This document shows, one piece after another, positions 7,900 through 20,922 of a stretch of DNA of 64,000 nucleotides (position 1 is the stretch's first letter; every line of letters begins with the position of its first letter). The DNA comes from Mobula hypostoma. Lineage: Eukaryota. The notes beneath the pieces were generated by a model that worked only from the letters and a program-made list of their open reading frames with translations, searched no databases and was not told where the DNA came from. A program made the position numbers and the translations under genes. The DNA lies in the NCBI RefSeq assembly GCF_963921235.1, contig NC_086105.1, positions 26,040,001 to 26,104,000 on the forward strand. The letters run 5' to 3'.

Positions 7900-10395
7900 G
7901 ATGTTCAGATTATTTTCATGTACAACACCTCAGTTGTGTTACTGTCCAATGTCTGCAAACAAAGCAGATAGCAGATAAACTTGGTTTCCGTTATTCCAGT
8001 TGTCAGGTTCACTGTATGTATTCTTGGTACTTTTAAAATATTTTTCTCATACTGTCTTTTTTTCAATTTCATCCACAAATGTAATTCCACAGCTTTCCAT
8101 TGTATTCTTTTTAGAGTGACTGTTACATTTCAATACAACTTCTGATAACAGTTGTATGATAACCATAGGTTCTTGTTCTAGTTGGTCATGCTTGATTGGC
8201 GTTCCTACGGTCATAAGAAATCCTCATTGATGCCATAAGTTCCCAAAATCATGAACAACTCCAAAAGCATATCAGGAATTAATGTGGATATTAGCTGATC
8301 TTCCTTCTGCCAACTTATAAGCTTCAATCAAAGCTCTTAATTTTGTCTGTTGTATAGAGGTACCAAGAGCCATGTTTTCTGATGCCAGCACTGCAGTTCT
8401 AGAAACAACCCATTCAAATTCCTCTCTCAATCATTGATAAGGCATTAGTGTACATCATTCTCCATGTTCTTGAACTAAGACTGATATTATGTGTTTTTCA
8501 TTAATGTACAGGGTAAATAGTTTACCTGTATTAGGTATTCTTAATACAGACTATTTTTAATGTCACCTTTAAAGTTTGAACCACTTTCAATTGTTCTTCA
8601 TTAAGAGTCACAGGGTCATCTGAGCACTTACTGCCTTTCAGCAATAGTCAGTGGATCTGCCACTAGCTTGTCAATACAATGATTAACAATTGTTTTATCT
8701 TCAGTCCTGTGCGTCTTCACTCCCTTGGTCTTCATTGGAGCAAGCTGACATAGCTGTCAATCTTACTGTTTCATCACTGTCATTCTCAGGTGAGTCACTA
8801 GGGGGCTGCTGTAGAGTCCAGGTCATCCTGTAATTCTTCGGAGGTCAGATGGTGTTGCTGTTCCCGGAGTCAGTCTGTCTGTAATTCTCCGAAGTTCAGA
8901 TGGTGGTAGTATCTCTGGAGACTGTTCAACTGAACTGTAATTCCTCAGGCAGAGCTTCAAGAGTAATTGTTTCCCAGGGCAGAGTACCAGCCGTAGCATC
9001 ACTAGCAGAGTCACTCACAGGACTGCCCCTTTTAAGTCTGCTGCGCTTTCTAGAAACAATGCACTTCAATTGAATTACCCATGTTGTATTTTCATGTTCA
9101 ATTAATGCAGAGATTTACTCTTTAGACTTTTTACTGTTTTCTTAGTTTCTCGCATGTTTCACATTCCTTTTGATTAGTAAAAGACTTTACTCATCCCATT
9201 AAACCTTTCAATTGCTCACACATTCAATCAAACTGACGATACAGACTTATCTATAAACCAGTAGCAGGCATCTTCTGGATCTTAATGCATGTCTTCTTAT
9301 CCTTAATAAACTTAACACTGTTGGTATATTTCATCCAGACTTTTTCATTAACTTTAGTAAAGTTAAGTGTTTCATTTAGCTAATATTTCATAGGTTTCAT
9401 GACTTGGGCCATTGTTTTGATTCAATCTTAATTCACACATACCTTGACCATAATCTTGAAATTTTAACAGGCTGTCCTGCTAGCTGAATTTAATTCTTTT
9501 TCACTGTTCTCTGCTAGCGTGCATGTGTTTAAGTTTACTTGTGCATTCTACTGTCTTTTAATTTTTTTTAAAGTCTGTGCTTCTCTGCTTGTATGAATTT
9601 AATTTTTGATTCTCTGCCGGTTTGAGTATTTAATCTGTGCTGTCCTGGATCTACTCACAGCTGTACCGGGTTATCTTTCTATTTTACAGATTTTTTTAAA
9701 TGGCTATGGAGCAGTTCCTCACTCCTAACTCCCATCCAATTATGTTGAAGCCAGAGAAATTGGAACATAAGAGGAAGTTTTTACCCATTTTGTTTAGGTC
9801 TGAAAATTCCACTTTGTGTACGACATTTTACCAAGCTCTGAATCGTGCTCGCTGACTACACCACTTTTTGGATTCTTATATTTTTGTTCCAAGGTCCTTT
9901 TATAAGTCTGGAATGAGGGACAAAACTTGTTGGTTCATAATTGTTTTTTAAGATTTGATAGAACAGAGGAAAACTGAACAGGCAGCAGTAGAGTAAGCTA
10001 AGATTAAAGATGACATTGCTTTGTGTTTAACTATTTTATACTCAGAGATGAGGAAAACTTCCATTCAAATCTATAGGTAAGTATTAACCAATTAAAAATA
10101 CTTATTCAATACTGCAGTACCAAATTAACCAATGCAAACATACTTATTCACTAAATGCAGAACAAAGAAGCTTCAAGAGCTATCCAGAATTATACTTTGT
10201 ATAGCTAGAGATATATTAAACTTGCATAAAAGTTAAGCAGATAATTAATTGTTAAACTGCAAAGAAAATAACAAATAGTCCAATCTAAGAATTAAAGAAT
10301 CAGATCCAACATGGTGTATCGGGTTGTGGCCGCTATTGAACACGAACGGCTAATTGGAGCCACAGGTAAGAACTGAGGTGGGGACCAAAGGTAAC
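7900..10395 (-). mobile_element. Degenerate, internally deleted endogenous retrovirus (epsilon/gamma-like): LTR, PBS, probable gag remnant, pol connection and RNase H
   Basis: - strand 8409-8047 reads GTSIQQTKLRALIEAYKLAEGRSANIHINS*YAFGVVHDFGNLWHQ*GFLMTVGTPIKH...VVLKCNSHSKKNTMESCGITFVDEIEKK (retroviral RNase H). ~8670-8455 reads (with frameshifts) LLKGSKCSDDPVTLNEEQ...VLRIPNTGKLFTLYINEK..SVLVQEHG (RT connection). PBS-like TGGTGTAGTCAGC at 9863-9851; TATAAAATAG at 10040-10031. Outer boundaries approximate. Confidence 0.8.
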
Positions 10396-10396
10396 T

Positions 10397-10836
10397 TCCA
10401 AGATGATTGTCAATACCTTCAAATTCTTCATACTTCCTAACTTGCTGAAGAAATGAAATCATTTCATTTTTACTACCAGCTGTTTCTGGCACTTCCAAGT
10501 CTGAATGCTTGAAACTGTAGTGAGCAAAACAAATCTGAATCATCTTACTGCTTATTTCTGGGCAATTATCAGTGACAAAAATCACTGCTTTGTCAACACA
10601 AACACATGCAACTGATGCTATTTAAAAACAGCTTTAGGCACAGACATGACCCACATGTGACTGACGCTAGTTAGAAACTGCTTGGCAACAGTCTCCTGCC
10701 CCAATTAAGCGGCATATTGTCCCAGATAAATTAATGGAATCCCAGTTATTTTCTTATTTGTTTTTGTTCTCTGTGAGTTATCGCAAATAAGCAGCTGCCC
10801 CGATTTACTGAAGACCCAATTAACTGGAATCAACTG
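10397..10836. mobile_element. Right half of a Tigger/pogo-type MITE (same family as 60888-61710)
   Basis: Aligns by eye with ~61262-61710 and ends CCCAATTAACTGGAATCAACTG followed by TA. Confidence 0.8.
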
Positions 10837-12759
10837 TATTTTGAATAATCTGATTTGATGGCATGCAAGGCTTTTCACTGAATCTTTCTACATGTGACAA
10901 TAAACCAATTACCAATAAATTCTTAATTTAAAAGAAATCACAGTGAGAAAGCGGAATAGGAGTATCCTGGGTTGCTTGATGCAAGACAAATTTGGGTACT
11001 GTGATGTTTTTCTCCTGCCGCTGATAGAAACACTCCAAGCCACTAATTGAATAATGATCAGGTCTGATCTCCTGACAAGTAAAGCCAGTTACATAATCAG
11101 AAATATAGAAACAAAATGCTGTTGCACTATCAGCCATGGTAGAAAAGCAAATGGTACATTGTTGACTTGAAAAGCTCAGTGGAAGTCACAATTACAAAAT
11201 AAGATCAGAAATTTCTAGAAATATACATCTTGTCATACAGAAACAGTTAACAGTTCAGATCAAAAACTGCATCACTGTAAATGAGATCACTTATTTTTCA
11301 TACCTTGTTTTAATTCCTTTTCATTAAGATTTTTTTAAATTTTTCTTATTTTATAACCATGTCTAGAGGTTAGAATTAAGGTTTAGATACAATTACACCA
11401 TGAAAAACTTTGGTGATTAAATGCTTGATTAAATCCTTCCTCCAAATAAATATTGGACTATTGGTCACTTTCATTACCTAACTTCACCCTGCAGAACCCC
11501 AACATCTAGTTTTCAGACTTGCCTACCTTGGGAAAATGACTGTAAACCTTCATCTTTGAAGGAACACAGAATCTTGAAGGGTAGATATAAGGTCACTCCT
11601 CCACCTCCTGGGGGGAAGAGTGCCAGCCTACCCAGTCTCCCCTCAAAGCTCAAGCCCTCCAGTTCAGGTAACATTCTTGTGCAGCGCTAGGCGACCACAA
11701 CTGCATAATACTCCAAGTGCAGTACCATGTCTTTCTCCACAGTATATAAATATGAGAAATTAGAAAATTTCAGTCCACTGCAATACCAAGGCCAAAACAT
11801 GACATTTGTTGTTGACTGTAAAGTAACTAATGTTGATCACACTGTACCAATTTTTTTTTTCATCTTTATGTGTTGAGTCTTCAATGAACTATGCTGCTCT
11901 GGGAAGAACATTCAGCGATGAATTTATCAAGTTTTACAATATTGGCAAGAATAACATATATTTTAGGAGTTTGGAGTGCTGCGATCACCATAAGTGATGA
12001 AGCTGTATATATAAATTTAAAACTGCCAATCAACTAATACACTACAACTATTTCGAAATTTAATTTGTTTCATTGTTGTCACAAGTACCAAAATACAGTG
12101 AAAAGCTTGTCTTGCATACTGTTCATATAGATTAGATCATTACGCAATACATTGAGGTAGAACAAAGCAAAACAATAACAATGCAGATTAAAGTGTTAAC
12201 AGCTACAGAGAAGTGCAGTGCAGGTAGCAATAAGTTGCAAGGTTCTAACAAGGTGGATTGCAAATTCAAGAGTCCAATTCATTGTGCTAGGAAACCATTC
12301 AATAGACTGCTGATTGATAACAGGTCACATGCTCAATCACTATTAATCTTTTCTTTTTATGCAGAATTGACTAGCGGTTACACATATTGACCGTTTGGTA
12401 GGTTTGAATTTCTTACTTGGAAGCTCAATCACCATTAACAATACAGGTATTAATAGAAACTACAAGCCAACAACTGATAAGAGTTCAAAGTTAGTAAAGT
12501 AATTGTGTTTTAGTTGGTGTGTGTGGCTTGGATTCTTCCTCCATTACATTATTACCTCATCTCCCCAACCACTGTGCAAAGGGAAGCTATGTTCTTCAAA
12601 AAACCTTTCTCACCTGGGCTGTCTGCATTCTATCACTGCCAGGACATTATGTTAACCCTTGTCTTGATGCAACTTCCACACACCAAAATGTCGACTATTT
12701 CCTTTGATAGATGCTGCTTGACCCATTGAGTTCTTCTTGCCCTCGAGTTGCTGAAGGCG

Positions 12760-12830
12760 CCAGGTTTACTTCTCAGTCTGTGCTGAGTTAGCTGATTTAA
12801 GTGAAGGTGGAGAAGTCTCTATAATTGGAC
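12760..12830 (+). mobile_element. Old tRNA-derived SINE fragment (LmeSINE1-like)
   Basis: GTCTGTGCTGAGTTAGCTGAT core followed by TATAATTGG; recognised from memory only. Confidence 0.4.
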
Positions 12831-12894
12831 CAGAAATGGGTGGGGAGGGAATAAAAGACTTGCTATCTGGTCAGAGTCATTAGGTGAGATGTTA

Positions 12895-13501
12895 CAGATT
12901 GAGTACCCCTTATCTGAAATACTTGGGGCTGGAAGTGTTTTGAATTTTGGATTTTTTTCAGATTTTGGGATACATAATGAGATAGCTTGGGATCGCCATA
13001 ATTTTGGACTTTGAATTTATGTGCTACCGGTAAACGGTCTTCATGTTACATTTGTTCAAGAGTAAAAATTATTACATACCATTAATAAAATGAAAATATA
13101 ATGTGTGCATGGTAACAAAAGCAGCACAGCAGCATCGGGAGAATACCTGAATCAGCAGTTCAACAACAGAAAACAATGGCAGGCTTTCAGTCTCCACCTA
13201 CAATGCTGCGTTTTGATTAAAAAGTTACAGTACACTGTTATTGTATTTTACTTTCTTTAGGTTTTATGACAATACATGGTCAAAATCTTCAGTTTTCACT
13301 TTATGCGGAGTTTTTTTTATTAACTTCTGTTTATTACGGATGTGAGGTCACTTCTGTGGCATGCAGAGACCTGTGCATCGCCTTGGAACCTGCCCAGCAT
13401 CTTGTGGGATTTTTCATTTGTAACTTCATGTCAGTGCTTAAAAAAATTGGATTTCAGAGGTTTTCGGATTTTGGAATTTCGGGTAAGGGGTACTCAACCT
13501 G
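12895..13501. mobile_element. Tigger4/MER46-like MITE (Tc1/mariner-pogo superfamily), both termini present
   Basis: 26-bp TIRs CAGATTGAGTACCCCTTATCTGAAAT and (reverse complement) CAGGTTGAGTACCCCTTACCCGAAAT, TA on both flanks, and subterminal (GGATTTT)n repeats. Confidence 0.85.
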
Positions 13502-14284
13502 TATTCCCAAATGGCAGTCAACTTGAAGTGTGCAGAGGACAGACACAGAAACACTCATTTACAGCAAGGGTAACACTGGTGATTATATTGTATATCAAAC
13601 AGTATATAATCACACAGTTATTTTTAAATATGAATAAAATAATTCATTACGGTAGGCTGCTTATTCTAATGGAACAAGCTAAACCAACTATGAAGAAACA
13701 TGCATAAGTCACTGTAAGAAAAAATGTCTGCTTTTGATATTCTCTCAGATAGTAAAACAGATTGTAGGCAGAGAACAACTGCAATATAGTGAAAACAGTT
13801 GACATTTATTGTTTATTCTTCTTTACAGAGAGATTTGATTTAGTATTTTTTATTAAGGCCAAAAATAAAACCAAATACAATAACAAAATTTGATGATCAG
13901 TCATGAATAAAAGGCCCCATATATAATCACATTTAGTGTACAGGTAAATATAAGAAGGAAATAAAGACATGACATGTTTATATTTCTATTTAAAAGAATA
14001 AAAAAATCAGTGAATCATGAAAAATAGTAATCCATACAGCCTCTTGAGCATGACCCATGATTCGATTAGATCAGTGTTGATCCCCTGCTTTGTCTTTTAT
14101 GAATCCAATATACAGCAAAGAGCTGAATTAAGTTCTATGTCTAACTGCACTGATAATGAAACAGCATTCACCGTTGGACTGCCTTGTCTTACCCACTTCT
14201 CACATTGGCATAGAAGTTAACTTCAACTTTGATGATAGATCCTATATCTTATGGCCTTATGATTTCAGGAAATGGAGAACAGAT

Positions 14285-15590
14285 TTTGTAGCATGGCTGG
14301 CGGAGGTGTTGCCTCATAGCCCTTGCATCCCATGTTCGATCCTGACCCTCAGTGCTGTGTGGAAAATAATGTGATTTAGGCTAGAAAGGGTGCAGAAAAG
14401 ATTCACAAGAATGTTGCTGGGTCTGGAGGGCTCGAGTGATAGGGAAAGGCTAGGACAGTTTCTCTGGAGTGATGGAGGCTAAAATGTGCCGTTATGGAGT
14501 TTCATGGAATCATGAAAAGGTGCACAGATAGGGTAGACAGTCAAGGTCCTTCTATTAGGGTGGAGTTTAAAACTTAGAGTTTGGTAGGGAAGCTTTAAAT
14601 GGATAAAAATTGTTTAGAGGAATGTGGGCCAAATGTGGGTTGCATTGGACATGTTCAGGTGAGGATCTTGGACAACATGGACCAGTTGGGCCAAGGGCCT
14701 TTTTCGTGCTGTAAAACCATGACTCTACAAAAGTCAATTGATACCCTTGACATTAAGGCAGCAAGGGAGTGTGGTATCACAGTATCCCAGTGCAAGTGAA
14801 ATCAATGAGCATCAAAAGAAAAAAATATTCCAGTGGCTGGAGTCACACAGAGGAAACTGATCAAAGCTTTGGAAATCAATCATCTCAACCTCACGCAGAG
14901 GAATTCCTCGCCAGAGGAATTTATCAGGTCAATTTTCTCCGCCTGACTGTTTCCAGATACTTCATCAATGACCTTCCATCTTCCGAAGTCAGATGTGAGG
15001 ATGCTCACTGATAATTGCTCTATGTTCAATTCTATTTATAATTCCTCAGCAAATGAAGTAAGACCTTAACAATATCCAGGCACATACTGATAAGTGGCAA
15101 GTAACATTTGAACCACAAAAGTGGCAGATAATGTCCATCTCCAACTAGAGACATCCTTGGGGTCAACATTGACTGGAAACTCAGGAGGATCAGCCATACA
15201 TGTACAGTGGCAATAAGAACAGGTCAGGATCTAAGTACTGTAGTCTGTAGTGAGTGACTCATCTCTTACATCTGAGAGCCTTTACAGACGTAACCTATAA
15301 TGTACTTGTCAGGAATGTGACGGAATACTCTGATGTCCTGGATGAGTATAACTAGAGCAAATCTCAGGGCCAGCACCATCCAAGACAAAGCAGCCCACTT
15401 GATTGGCATTCTTTCAACCACTCTCCAACACTGGTGTCGAGCGGCTGCAATATGTACAATCTATGAAGTGCACTGCAGTTACTCAGCTAGCTATTCCAAC
15501 ATCACCTTCTACTACAAAAGGACAAGGGCAGAACATGCATGGCACACCATCTCCTGCAGATACCCTCCAAGTTGAGCACTTTGAAGTCCT
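14285..15590 (+). mobile_element. Cluster of degenerate SINE head and CR1/L2-type fragments
   Basis: tRNA-like head with GTTCGATCC at ~14335; CR1 3' end at 14375-14730; degenerate RT C-terminus at ~14900-15590. Confidence 0.55.
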
Positions 15591-15829
15591 TCAACCCTCT
15601 GCAATAACGTCAACTATCATTTTCCTTCCTAACTGCCTGTCATATCTGCACATTAGCCGTATGCTAACAAAAGCAAATACAGTATCTGTATAAAGTTGGG
15701 GAGTAATACCAGACCGTACAGAGTGGGGCCCTGTCTGTACTTTTAGCTGAGTATGATATCATCTGGGTTCTTAGGCAAATTGGCAAGGACCAATAAAAAG
15801 AAGCTAGGCTTAATCATAGTAGCCATTGT

Positions 15830-18460
15830 GTGAGCGGCCATAATGTGCGGGGACAGAGTTAGAGAGGGGCTCAACTGGCTTCGGAAGAAGAGACTGAGGC
15901 TAACCTTAAGTTTCCACTGTTTTTGCTTCTTTCTTTATTAGTGCCAAACTAGAGCAGCGAGAATGGATCTCAGGGCAGTGGTTTGCTTCTCTTGCAGGAT
16001 CTAGATAACCTCTTGCTGATTGCTACACGTGCGAGAAGTACATTTGGGTGCAGCTTCTCTCAGACATGTTAGGGAACGGCAGCTGGAGTTGGATGACCCT
16101 CAGCTCATTTGGGAGAATGAGTTGATATTTAGGAGCTACTGGAAGGCAGGTAGCTAGGTGGCTGTCAGGAGAGGGAAAGGGAATAGGCCTACATTGTGGA
16201 CCCACCTGTTATGTTTTGTAACTCCAAAACATAAAACTAATTGAAAAAGAAAAAGGAAGACCGGAATGCAGATCTAATTCCATTTTTACTTTAAGCAAGC
16301 CGCATACATAAATGACATGGTAGAGAGATGACGTATGTCATTCATGTACTTTCACATATAACTTGTAACAAAAATGCAAACAACAAAGAATGCTCAATCA
16401 AATAATATATCAACAATATTACTCAAATAGTACTGAAATATTAAATACACAACTGTACCCTTCTGGCCAGTCCCCTCAGTAACAACTACAGTATATCGCT
16501 TTGAATATTTGAGTATCGTTGGGGGGGGATGACCCACGGGGGAAAGTCGCAGTAACAAGGCACTGAGTCTGGCTCTGTGGCTCCATGGGAAGGGGGGAGA
16601 AGAGGAGAGTGACGGTGATGGAGGATTCAATAGTTAGAGGAACAGATTCTGTGAACATGAAGGAGACTCCTGGTTGGTTTGTTGCTTCCCAGATATCAGT
16701 GTCAGGGACGTCTCTGATCGGGTCCACGGCATTCTTAAGGGGCGGGGTGAGCAGGCAGAAGTTCTAGTACATGTTGGTACTATCGACATAAGAAGCAAAA
16801 GGGATGAGGTCCTGAAGAGTGAATATGGGGAGCGAAGTAGGAAGCTTAAAAAAAAGCAGGACCTCAAAGGTAGTAACTCTGGATAGCTGCCTGTGCCATG
16901 CACTAGTGAAGGTATGGATTGGATGACATGGCAGATAAATGTGTGGCTAAAGAATTAGTGCAGGGGGCAGGGCTTCAGATTTCTGGATGATTGGGATCTC
17001 TTCTGGGGATGATATGACCTGTACAAAAAGGATAAATTATACCTCAAGAGAGATCAATATCCTAGTGGGCAGGTTTGCTAGAATTTTTGAGTGATGAGGG
17101 TGTTTAAACATGGTTTGCAGAGTGTTTGGTCAGAGGATGGGGCAATTAGTGTAAAGGCAGATGCAATGTGTAGAGAGACTGTGAAGAAGGATAGGCAGTG
17201 GGCATAAATTCAGTACGTTGGATAGATTGAAATGTATCTAATGCTAGAAGTAGCAGGAACAAGGGTGATGAACCTTGAGCATTGACCAGCACATGGAGCT
17301 ATGATGTTGTTGCCATTGCAGAGACTTGGCTGTCAAAGGGGCAGGATCGGTTGCTGGATGTTCTGGGATTTAGATGTTTCAAGAGATAGGAAGGGAGGTA
17401 AAATAGGTAGGGGAATGGCAATGACAAACAGGGATATTATCACAGCTGTAGAAAGGGTGGATGTCATGATGGGATCATCTATTGAGTTAGTGTGGGTGGA
17501 AGTCAGAAACATGAAGGGAGCAATCACTCTATTGGGAGTATTCTATAGAACCCCCAATAGCAGCAGACAACAAGAGGCAGATCGGGGGGCAGATTTTGGA
17601 AAGGTGCAAAAATAAACAGGATTGTTGTCATGGGTGACTTCAACATCCTTGATTGGCATCTCCTTGTGCAAAATATTTTGATAGGGCAGAATTTGTTAGG
17701 TGTGTCAAAAGATTCCTGGTACATTATGTGGAAAAGCCAACCAGAGGAGAGACCCTACTGCATCTAGTACAAGATTCTTAGCAGTGTGGAGAAACAGAGG
17801 GATCTTGGGATTCACATCCATAGGTCCCTCAAAATTGTCACACAAGTTGATAGGATGGTTAAGAAGGTATATAGTGTGTTGGCCTTCATTAGTCAGGGGA
17901 TTAAGTTCAAGAGTCACAAGTTAACATTACAGCTCTATAAAACTCTGATTAGACCACATTTGGAGTTCAGTTCTGGTCACCTCATTGTAGGAAGGGTAAG
18001 GAAGCTTTAGAGGGTGCAAAGAAGATTTACCAGGATGCTGCCTAGATTAAGGAAAGGTTGAGCAAGCTGGGGCTTTTCTCTTTGGAACAAAGGAGGATGA
18101 CAGGAGACTTGATAGAGGTGTCGAATGTGATAAAGGGCATTGATAAAGTGGACACCCAGTGCCTTTTTCCAAGAGCAGAAATGGTTAATACGAGGGGGCA
18201 TAATTTTAATGTGATGGTGGAAAGTATAGGGGGGATGTCAGAGTTAGATTTTACACAGCTGTGGGTGCGTAGAGCATGCTGCCAAGGATGGTGGTACGAG
18301 CAGATACATTAGGAACATTTAAGACACTCTTGGATAGGCACATGGATGAATGAATAAAGACGGACTATGTGGGAGGGAAGCATTAATTAATCTTGGAAAA
18401 GGTTAAAAGGTTGTCACAACATTGTGGGCCGGTACTGCTCTGTGTTCTCTGTTCTATATA
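15830..18460 (+). mobile_element. Internally deleted CR1 LINE with ORF1 (SGNH esterase), endonuclease and RT C-terminal remnants
   Basis: DSIVRGTD, CCFPDISVRDVSDRV..VHVGTIDI (ORF1); GVFYRTPNS (endonuclease); QRDLGIHIHRSLK, LYKTLIRPHLE, LGLFSLEQRR (RT C-terminus). Confidence 0.85.
16207..16454. mobile_element. Probable solo LTR inserted in CR1 ORF1
   Basis: AT-rich ~250-bp block starting TGTT and ending AACT (degenerate AACA) that interrupts the CR1; the TSD is only degenerate. Confidence 0.5.
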
Positions 18461-19159
18461 AAGTTAACAAATTTCTCAGTATTTCTTTTCAAATCTGTTT
18501 ATCTGTTTTTTATATCAAAATACACAACATTATTATTCTCCAACCCAGCACTTTATTTTTCACCATTTTTGTCCTCGCTTAACCCAGCTTTGTCATTGTG
18601 TTTATCATTCACACTTTCCTGACAGTTTATTTTCCCACCTATCCAGCTGTAGATATGTGAAGCTTGCACTTTCTTTCATATGGAAATTTGAGTAGGCAAG
18701 AAAGGCAAAGATTTTCATTTTTCTTCCAAAGTTTTTGTTCTGTAATTTAAATGTTGAAAATATTCTGAATTAAAATCTTAATAAACACTACCATATTATG
18801 TAATCTTTAGTTATTTGATCTTTCAGTTACTTGCCTGGCAGAAAGCAGTGAGAAAATGTTATTCTTATACTGAAATTGTTTTCATAAACGAGAAATGCTG
18901 GAGGAAGTACGCTATGCAAAAGAGTACAATTGACGTTTTGGGTCAAAACCCTTTGGCTGGACTACAGTATTTCCGTTGTAAACCTCGTAGCCTATAAAAG
19001 GGTAAATTCAATTAACATTTGAGTTCATTTCTTTGAATAGAAGGGCTCTTGAGGGAAAATCTGGATGTTTTAACATAAATATATTATGCCCTAGAAATGT
19101 AATTTAACGCTTAAATTGAAACAAAACCTATCCTCAAGTTAAAAAAAATCAATGAAATG

Positions 19160-20050
19160 AACTATCGAATCAGAATCATTTTTCTGCCAGTGCAACATAC
19201 CAGAATTGATTGTGGTTTGGTGCCAAGTATAAAACACAGGACAATACCATAACAGACAACACAACAGCAACTAACAGTTTACAAGACAAAACTGCAAATA
19301 GCCACAGGCAATCAACAATGAGCAAAACGGTCACATATGCAAATAACAATAACCAAACTTAAATAAATGTGACATATGAACAGACTAAATAGTTATCAAC
19401 AGAACAAGGAGAGCAGGAAAGACCATTTAACGGATGTTGTGGAGGGACAGTTAGGGTATTACACTTGAGCGAAGTTTGTTGAGAAGTTGGATAGCTAAGG
19501 GAGGAACTTCAGAGATAGTGTAGTCCTGATGGTGATGGACTTGTAGTGTCTCCTTAATGGCAGTTTAGTAAAGAGGTGACTGATGGGGTGGGTGGAGACA
19601 GCAGTAATTTTTTCAGCTCTTCGCTCTGGCGATGAACAGGTCTTTTAATGCAGCTGACAGACAATAATCTTCGCTGCTGAGTGGACCACTGGCTGCAATT
19701 TGGACTTGGGGAGGGAGGAGGCAGTGAGAAAGCAAACGGTGATATAGATGGTCACTACACCCTCAATGATGGCTGAGTAAAAAGTCATCAAGATACACCC
19801 TGAGATGTTAAATTTCCTAAACAACCATAGGAAGAACAATTTCTTCAGAGCTTTCCCAATGATGAGTGTAAAGTGCACGTCTCATTTCAATGTATTGGTA
19901 ATGGTAGTCCCCAAGAATCTGAATGACTCAATCACAGACACAGCCTGACCATTCATTTCTAAGGGGGTGTGGTTTGTCGGCAGAAATAAATCCTCATTTC
20001 CACTGTCTTGGTAGCATTAAGCTCCAAGTCGTTACGCGCACACCATCCTG
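19160..20050 (-). mobile_element. Rex1/Babar-type LINE 3' fragment
   Basis: FYSAIIEGVVTIYITVCF, KLQPVVHSAAKII; (TTCTGA)-type tail at ~19170. Confidence 0.7.
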
Positions 20051-20922
20051 CAAGACGTATGGAAAAAATACCAGACTTTCAGAATCAGGAGGAGGTAGAG
20101 GGCAAAGGAAAACTATTTAAATAAAGGATTTAAACAAAAAAAAATGACACCAACTATTACTATCTCTTGCCAAGGGCAAATCTATAACTGCAATTACTGT
20201 ATTTGTTTTCAAGACTCTTATACTGAGAGCTATAGAAGTTGCATTCTTGCATACAATAGTTAATTGCTGGCTGACCCTAGTTACAGCAAAGATTGGAATG
20301 AGAGTGAGTGTTGGTAATGCATCGTTGAAAGTTGGGCAGAACTGGTTACTGAACATCCTAAAATTTAGAATCTTCAGGCTTCACAGGAAATAGGGAATGT
20401 GGAACAGATGGTAATCAAAGTGACCTTTATTATTTTAAGGAGGAAGGGTTTTAGACAGTTTTTCAAATGAGTCCATATATGGATGGAGCTTAGATACAAA
20501 AGGCAGTAACTTCACTTGATGTACAACAAGTTTCAATCAGTCAGTGGGAGGCAGAGGAGTATATATATATAGGCACAAAGAAGTGTAAAATAATAAGATT
20601 ATAGTGAGGAATTTATACTTCCCTAATATTAAGTAAGATGGCCTTAGGATGTGATTCAGAAGAGGGGAATTTTTAAAGTATATCCAAGATATCCCTTTAT
20701 ATTCAGTATGTAGATGGTCCTACTAGAGAAGGGCAATACTGGACAATCTTTGGGAAGATAGACAGACAATGGTAGGAATGTTGGTAGGGGAGCATTTCGA
20801 AGATAGTGACTCTAACTAAGTAAGCTTTAAAGTTGTGATGGAGAAGTACAAGTTTAGACTAGACATTAAGGTCCTGAAAGTCAAAGTCAAAATAAAGCTT
20901 ATTGTCTCATTCACAAGTACTT

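Noticed and set aside
14017-14250. Possible terminal exon of a - strand gene between THAP5 and ERGIC2
   Set aside because: No recognisable protein, no polypyrimidine tract before the candidate AG, and no partner exons found.
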